DNA from: a virus
Lineage: Duplodnaviria > Caudoviricetes
DNA length: 27,326 nucleotides
Strand: one strand, 5' to 3'
IMG/VR virus record: IMGVR_UViG_3300049211_000051
Location: 1-27,326 of that record
In this document: in pieces, positions 22,042 through 27,326 of the stretch
Position numbering within the stretch: position 1 is the first letter of the stretch
Layout: every line of letters begins with the position of its first letter
Position numbers and translations under genes: made by a program
Notes under the pieces: generated by a model
Databases searched by the model: none
Told to the model about the DNA's origin: nothing
The model's input: only the letters and a program-made list of their open reading frames with translations

Positions 22042-25000
22042 ATGCGCGGGAGATACCGCCGCAAGACCCGGGAGCAGGCTCAGTCTGAGCCTGTATTCTC
22101 CGAGGACAAATGGGGCGGGGGGCAAAACAGCGACACCCCAGCCTCTAAGCTAGGGCCGGGGGAACTGGCACTCCTTCGGAATGCGGTCGATTACGGGGAT
22201 TTCATCGAGGGGCACGGGGGCAGCCTGCGGCTGGCCTCGACGAGCCTGCCGGGGTCGGGGACGGTTTACAGTTACGACTTCCACCCTACGGCGAAGAAAT
22301 GGCTCCTGCACCGCGGGTCGTCTTTGTGGGTAGCGGGAGCCACGATCACCTCTTGGGCCGAAGTCAAAAGCATTGCCTATATCACCGTCACGAGCCCAAC
22401 CGAGGCGGGCGATACCAGTAACCAGCTTTCTGCATGGCATGTTTGGGCGGGTAACACCGGAAATACTAACGCTGGAGTTTTGTACTGGAACCTGACCAAC
22501 TCCGGATCCACCCGGACGGTGAGTCTTTACAAAACCAACGGGAGCCCGAAAACAAACCTTGTCGCCCAAGGATCAAGGACCGGGGACGGAGACATTTATC
22601 TCTCTCAGCAAAACGGATCCGGGCTGGGGGCAACCGTTACTGTCGCCTACTCGGGAGACGACACTGACACCGGGAACACGCTGACCATTGATGCCGGTCA
22701 GATGGAGCAAAGCTATCAGGCGCGAGAATCCAAAATCGTCCGATACAAAAATGATTTTTTGGTACTCCCCTCAGAAACCCTTGCTTCTGGGTTTGGGAAT
22801 ATCGCTTATGTGAACCTGACCGATGAAAAATATTACGCCATTGGCGCGGAGCGCGGTTACGGATTCCCGTACTACCAAATCCCCGATTCCGGATCACAGG
22901 CCGCCGCCACCCCTTACGGGCGTCGGTATATCTGTACTTTTTCGCGGATCGTTGACTCCAACGGAGCGGCGAGCTTTTCCTCAAATCGCCTTACCGGAAC
23001 CTTGGTTTTCGAGAGCGCGGCAACGGATGTAAGGCAGTCCAGCGATACCGTGCTGTCGGCGGATTATGGCGAACAATGGAAGGCCAACCCGATATCAGCC
23101 TCCAACTCCAACGCCATCGATCTTTTTGTGGCTTCTACGACACGGGTCTCCGAACTGGCGTCCACCCACTACACCCACCTTAGCCTATACGGGACGCTGG
23201 ATATCGGAACAGCCGGAGTCGATCCATCCACCGGGCTTGGCAACAATCGGGAGCTATATGTCTGGATTGCCGATATCGACATCACTAAATCCACCTACAC
23301 CGACATCACCACGGATGACGAGCTTAGGGCTCGTTTAAAAGCGGGCTTTGGACTTAGAACTCGGTACTGGAAACCGATGCCGGGCGGGGAGTGCGGGGCG
23401 CTGGTCAATGACTTCTTGTTCAAAGCGGATCGCGGGGACGGGAAGGTCTATTACCAGCAACTCCTAAACCCGGAGTTCCTGGGCTTCTACCGCCCCGATG
23501 CCCAGTTTATGACCTTCGACGACGGTGTACAGATCCTGGCCGAAAGCAACGACCAACTCGCCGTCATTTGCTCCCGGCAAACCTGGATGGTGAACCCGAA
23601 GATCCAGAAAAACGTGGATCAAATCGCGTCCGTGTTCACCCTGGCCAGCCGCTTCCCCGCTTCCCGTACCGTTGGCGTGACGGATTGGGGCAGCTTCGCC
23701 CCGGTGGAGACTGGCGGGTTCATCGCCCGATGCTCCGATGCCTCGGTGAGAATCTGGGACGGGGATTCCTGGGGGGATGACCTCGGAAGCGACCGCGTGC
23801 GGGATACCCTGCTTGGGATGATCGACGGGTCCGCAGGGGGGTACTACAAGAACGCCTATTATCTCTGGTACCGCACCGCCTCGGGGACCGCCTACAACGA
23901 CAAGTGCCTTCGCTTAGGGCTGGGTGGGGATGCCGGGTTCGGGTGGTCGGAGATCAGCCGCTCGACCTGGATTTACCCGCATCTTCGGTGCGGGGGTGTG
24001 GTGATGTTGGACTCCAACAACCTGGGGCGGCTCATGGTGTTGGACTACTCCACCGGGCACTTCTACTGGATCGAGACCTTCACCAATGCCAACTCCTCCT
24101 TTACCAAAGCCTGGAAGGACAAGGAAAACGTATCGGGCGGGACCGATATCGCCTGTACCGTCAAGTTCCGGGAGATCATTGGGAAGGAGGAAAGCCATAC
24201 CCTCTACCACCAGGAAAGCCATGCCTATCTAAGACCATCCATTCCTGCGGACGGGTACCTCTCCGGGTTTGAAATCACGTTCAACGTGTACGCGGATGGG
24301 GCGACAACCGCCGCTGCTTCGCTCTCCGACGCCCCCAAGACCGGGGATATCCAGGTCGCCAAGGTGGCGGCCGGGCGCCGGCTTCAGCACGAATTGGTGA
24401 CCACGGCATCCAAGTTCATCCTCACGGGGATCGACTCCCATATCCAGGAGCAGGACAAGGCATCCATCGGCGCCCAGTTCGCGGAGTCGGACGAGGCGGG
24501 ATGGCAAACCGTGCTGGGTGGGGCCTCGACGCTCAAGCATTGGCTCTGTCGGCCGAAGGCCCTCCTCAACCGCGCCACGGGCTCTAGCTATACCCTGGCG
24601 GGTACGGCGCCGACGGCGGTAGAGGGGCCGGACGGGAAGACCTACGCCCTGTCCTTCCCCTCGGGGGCGTCGTACACTCTCGCGGATACCACCAGTTACG
24701 GCGACTTCTCGGTGGGGTTCTGGTGCAAAACCGTCGCGCTCAATTCCCGCATCTTCAACATCAACGGGACCAATGACTTTTATGTCCGGTTCACCGGAAA
24801 TACGGTGATGGACGTGAACGGGGACGGGAACATCACCGTCTCGACCATTGCTTCGGGGTGGCATCACTTCTTCATCGTCCGCACCGGATCCACGGTAAGC
24901 GTGTACCAGAACGGGGCGCTATTGGCCGGGACCGTGACCACGGCCACGGCGCGGGGTGGAACCAACCTCCAGATCAACGACCAGGGCGGGGCGATGATCC

Positions 25001-25110
25001 TGGATGACATCCGGGTTTATAACGACGACGTGATCACCGCGGCCATTGCGGATTATTACTACGACGACGTGACAGGCAACGCCGGAAACCTGGTCCTTCC
25101 CTTGGCATGA
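22042..25110 (+). CDS. Tail nozzle / tubular protein B-like (P22 gp10 / T7 gp12 role) with inserted domain and C-terminal LamG (1022 aa)
   Basis: N-terminal WGGGQNSDTPASKL.PGELALLRN, typical of nozzle proteins; beta-propeller-like middle; C-terminal FSVGFW...GWHHFFIVRTGSTVSVYQNG...ILDDIRVYN LamG signature. Confidence 0.7.
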   Translation: MRGRYRRKTREQAQSEPVFSEDKWGGGQNSDTPASKLGPGELALLRNAVDYGDFIEGHGGSLRLASTSLPGSGTVYSYDFHPTAKKWLLHRGSSLWVAGATITSWAEVKSIAYITVTSPTEAGDTSNQLSAWHVWAGNTGNTNAGVLYWNLTNSGSTRTVSLYKTNGSPKTNLVAQGSRTGDGDIYLSQQNGSGLGATVTVAYSGDDTDTGNTLTIDAGQMEQSYQARESKIVRYKNDFLVLPSETLASGFGNIAYVNLTDEKYYAIGAERGYGFPYYQIPDSGSQAAATPYGRRYICTFSRIVDSNGAASFSSNRLTGTLVFESAATDVRQSSDTVLSADYGEQWKANPISASNSNAIDLFVASTTRVSELASTHYTHLSLYGTLDIGTAGVDPSTGLGNNRELYVWIADIDITKSTYTDITTDDELRARLKAGFGLRTRYWKPMPGGECGALVNDFLFKADRGDGKVYYQQLLNPEFLGFYRPDAQFMTFDDGVQILAESNDQLAVICSRQTWMVNPKIQKNVDQIASVFTLASRFPASRTVGVTDWGSFAPVETGGFIARCSDASVRIWDGDSWGDDLGSDRVRDTLLGMIDGSAGGYYKNAYYLWYRTASGTAYNDKCLRLGLGGDAGFGWSEISRSTWIYPHLRCGGVVMLDSNNLGRLMVLDYSTGHFYWIETFTNANSSFTKAWKDKENVSGGTDIACTVKFREIIGKEESHTLYHQESHAYLRPSIPADGYLSGFEITFNVYADGATTAAASLSDAPKTGDIQVAKVAAGRRLQHELVTTASKFILTGIDSHIQEQDKASIGAQFAESDEAGWQTVLGGASTLKHWLCRPKALLNRATGSSYTLAGTAPTAVEGPDGKTYALSFPSGASYTLADTTSYGDFSVGFWCKTVALNSRIFNINGTNDFYVRFTGNTVMDVNGDGNITVSTIASGWHHFFIVRTGSTVSVYQNGALLAGTVTTATARGGTNLQINDQGGAMILDDIRVYNDDVITAAIADYYYDDVTGNAGNLVLPLA

Positions 25111-27326
25111 GCAAGCCGCCCTTTGCTATCCCGGACGCGCCCGAAGGCGACGACCTTAGCCGGAAACTGGATGACCTTTATGGCCTTTTGGGGATTCAGC
25201 GAGAGGAGATCGACAAGCGGATCCTAGGTGTTGAGGGGCTTATCTCCAAGCCGGGGATTCGCGGTGGGTTTGAGGTCGATGACGTGCGGTCCTACGGTAC
25301 CATCCAGAACGCGGTCAATGCGGTTCCGTCGTCCTCCAGCAAAACGATTTACATCACCAACACCCAGACAGTAGCAGCCAACCTCACCATCCCCTCCAAT
25401 ATCTCCGTGGTGGTGCTGAAGGGGGGCGGGTTCAATATCGCCGCAGCGGCGACGCTCACGATTAACGGGGCGTTTGAGGCGGGGTTGTTCCGGGTTTTCA
25501 CCCTTGCGGGGACTGGCTTGGTGGCCTTTGGACAGGGCTCCACCAAGTACGTTATCCCTCAATGGTGGGGGGCTGCTGGCAACGGGACGACCACGGACAC
25601 AACCTCAACCCAGGCCGCCGCCCTGTGCGCCGAGGCGTCCGCAAAGGCGCTGTTCATGCCCTCGACGCCAGGGGGCTACCGGCTGGGGCGCGTGAACCTT
25701 GCCACGGGCGGGATCAAGGTCTTCGGCGACAATACCAAAATAGTCCAGATTTACGACGCCGAGGAAGGATCCGGCGGAGCAGGGAGCACCAAGGTATCCC
25801 CGGTTTGGTTCTGCCGAAAGACATCTTCCCACATCGAGATCACCGGGTTCCGGTTCACTTCCGACGCCTCGACCTATCCAGCCCTTACCCTGCCGGAATG
25901 GGCGTCCTACCTGGCTCCGATTTGCATCAACCGATCCGATTACGTAAGTGTTCATCACAATTGGTTTGAGATGGAGCATGAGCGGGCCATCTTCCTGTAT
26001 GGCGGCAGCTATTGCAGCGTCAAGAACAACTACTTCGACAACGCCTCGATGATTATGCACATCGGGATCACGTCGAACACGAATTTCTGGGACGATACCG
26101 ATAGCTCGGCCACCGTTTACGGCCCCGCATCCCCGATCATCAGCGACAACATTTTCGCCGGGTACGACTACCCGAATAACTGCCTGTTCCTTTCCGGCCC
26201 TACCGACTTCACCGTCTCCAACAACAAGTGGATTGGATTCAACGACACGGCCGGGACGCCGCTCCGAATCTACGTGAACGACCTGGGCATGCACGACGCC
26301 TCGGGGACCGCGCTTGATACGCAGTCGGGAGTGGTGACCGGAAACACCATCAAGGGCACGTTTGAAAATGCTATTGAGATATATGGGCAGGCCCAGAGCG
26401 AGGGCACCACCACATTCAAGACGCGGATCAAGGTCACCAAGAACACCATCGAAGGGACCGGCGTAGGGCTCAATATCGAACGCGCCTATGAGCTTCACAT
26501 CATCGACAACGATGTCAAAACCACGAACGCCCCGTTGTACATCAAGCGGGAATTTGTGGACTGCAAGGTCAACAACAACCGCCTGGAATGCACGGACATT
26601 TCCGATGTAGTGCCGGCCATCGAATCTACGATCGTCTTTGATGGAAACGCGGTACCGATCCGATCCGATTTCATCGGGAATGATTTCGTTGGCCCTGCGG
26701 ACGACCTCTACCTCTTCTTCACCCCACCCGGTGTTTTGCTTCGGGATTGTTCGATTCGTGGGAATAAGTTCGAATACCATTCGACCGTAGCCTCAAACCG
26801 TGCCGTGCAATGCAACTTTACCGGCACCTTGGATTTTTCCGAGAATCGCTTCTACATGAACTCCAGTACGGCGACTGATCGGATTATCTGCTCCTTCAAT
26901 AAAACCATTGGCGCATGGCAGGATCTCCAGGGGTATAACCCGGGGTACACGGTTATCCCAACTGTCCCGAACGGGTATCAGTACAAAGTTATCTCAGGTG
27001 TAGGGGACACGGGCGCCTCGGAGCCGACGTGGCCGACCACGATCGGCGGAACGGTTGTTGACGACGAGGTGACCTGGGAATGTGAGGAGCTTCGGGCCCG
27101 CGCCATCGTCTGCAAAAACCGCATGTTGTACGCGAGCGTCCGGGTCCGAGGGTTCGACATTACAGCCAATTCCGTTTACTTCTCCGATAACATCGACTTT
27201 CAGGGGGTGACGCTCTCCGGGGCGGATGTTGTTTGTGAGGGAAACAGGATCGAGTCCCGGACCTCCAGCACCCATATTCTTCTAGTCATCGAAAACGCGA
27301 CCCATGCCTACGTGGCAGGGAATTTC
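25107..27326 (+). CDS. Tailspike / receptor-binding depolymerase, right-handed beta-helix (>740 aa, truncated by window end)
   Basis: Hand translation from ATG 25107 (ATGA overlap) is open to the end. PQWWGAAGNGTTTDT..TQAA is the pectate_lyase_3-type start, followed by repeated V..N.F / I.GN.. rungs. Absent from the ORF track because it has no stop in the window. Confidence 0.85.
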   Translation, partial: MSKPPFAIPDAPEGDDLSRKLDDLYGLLGIQREEIDKRILGVEGLISKPGIRGGFEVDDVRSYGTIQNAVNAVPSSSSKTIYITNTQTVAANLTIPSNISVVVLKGGGFNIAAAATLTINGAFEAGLFRVFTLAGTGLVAFGQGSTKYVIPQWWGAAGNGTTTDTTSTQAAALCAEASAKALFMPSTPGGYRLGRVNLATGGIKVFGDNTKIVQIYDAEEGSGGAGSTKVSPVWFCRKTSSHIEITGFRFTSDASTYPALTLPEWASYLAPICINRSDYVSVHHNWFEMEHERAIFLYGGSYCSVKNNYFDNASMIMHIGITSNTNFWDDTDSSATVYGPASPIISDNIFAGYDYPNNCLFLSGPTDFTVSNNKWIGFNDTAGTPLRIYVNDLGMHDASGTALDTQSGVVTGNTIKGTFENAIEIYGQAQSEGTTTFKTRIKVTKNTIEGTGVGLNIERAYELHIIDNDVKTTNAPLYIKREFVDCKVNNNRLECTDISDVVPAIESTIVFDGNAVPIRSDFIGNDFVGPADDLYLFFTPPGVLLRDCSIRGNKFEYHSTVASNRAVQCNFTGTLDFSENRFYMNSSTATDRIICSFNKTIGAWQDLQGYNPGYTVIPTVPNGYQYKVISGVGDTGASEPTWPTTIGGTVVDDEVTWECEELRARAIVCKNRMLYASVRVRGFDITANSVYFSDNIDFQGVTLSGADVVCEGNRIESRTSSTHILLVIENATHAYVAGNF

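Larger units (their letters stand above)
1..27326 (+). mobile_element. Tailed dsDNA phage/prophage late (packaging, head, ejection, short-tail) gene region, podovirus-like
   Basis: Co-oriented terminase, portal, scaffold, capsid, adaptor, nozzle and tailspike genes, with many ATGA/TAATG/TGATG overlaps. No tail tube, sheath, baseplate or host housekeeping genes are recognised. No att site or integrase is seen, so free phage versus prophage is unresolved. Confidence 0.95.

Noticed and set aside
1-27326. Stop-codon recoding, CRISPR array, tRNA, DGR repeats, intron or intein
   Set aside because: Genes are intact in the standard code and all three stops are used as terminators. By eye I saw no spaced direct repeats, cloverleaf, adenine-variable repeat pair or reverse transcriptase, and TerL and MCP are of normal length.

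Overview
The window is a nearly all plus-strand, GC-rich (roughly 60% by eye), tightly coupled late (virion morphogenesis) region of a tailed dsDNA bacteriophage or prophage with a podovirus-type (P22/N4-like) virion. Gene order: terminase small and large subunits, six small ORFs including a Mu Com-like zinc ribbon, P22-like portal, a 13-aa basic micro-ORF coupled to a BhlA-like holin, then a block of SGNH esterase, two fibre-like proteins, a 70-aa protein and an RcGTA rcc01079-like head-spike base. Four putative DNA-ejection proteins follow, then one antisense two-TM gene (sieA-like position), scaffold, N4-gp56/DUF4043-like major capsid protein ending in a triple stop plus terminator, adaptor, nozzle fused to a LamG domain, and a beta-helix tailspike that runs off the window (missing from the ORF track). 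The best candidates for novelty are: (1) a multi-gene capsid-vertex spike module whose apparent docking peptide (GMGIGF) is C-terminal on a small adaptor; (2) a bipartite motif CCCCTTYCGTCATTTC-N12-CCCTACTCTC repeated exactly-spaced in two intergenic regions, one heading a Com-like gene with no mom; (3) a rearranged podovirus gene order. All family calls come from motif recognition by eye, not database searches. The host cannot be determined from this window.
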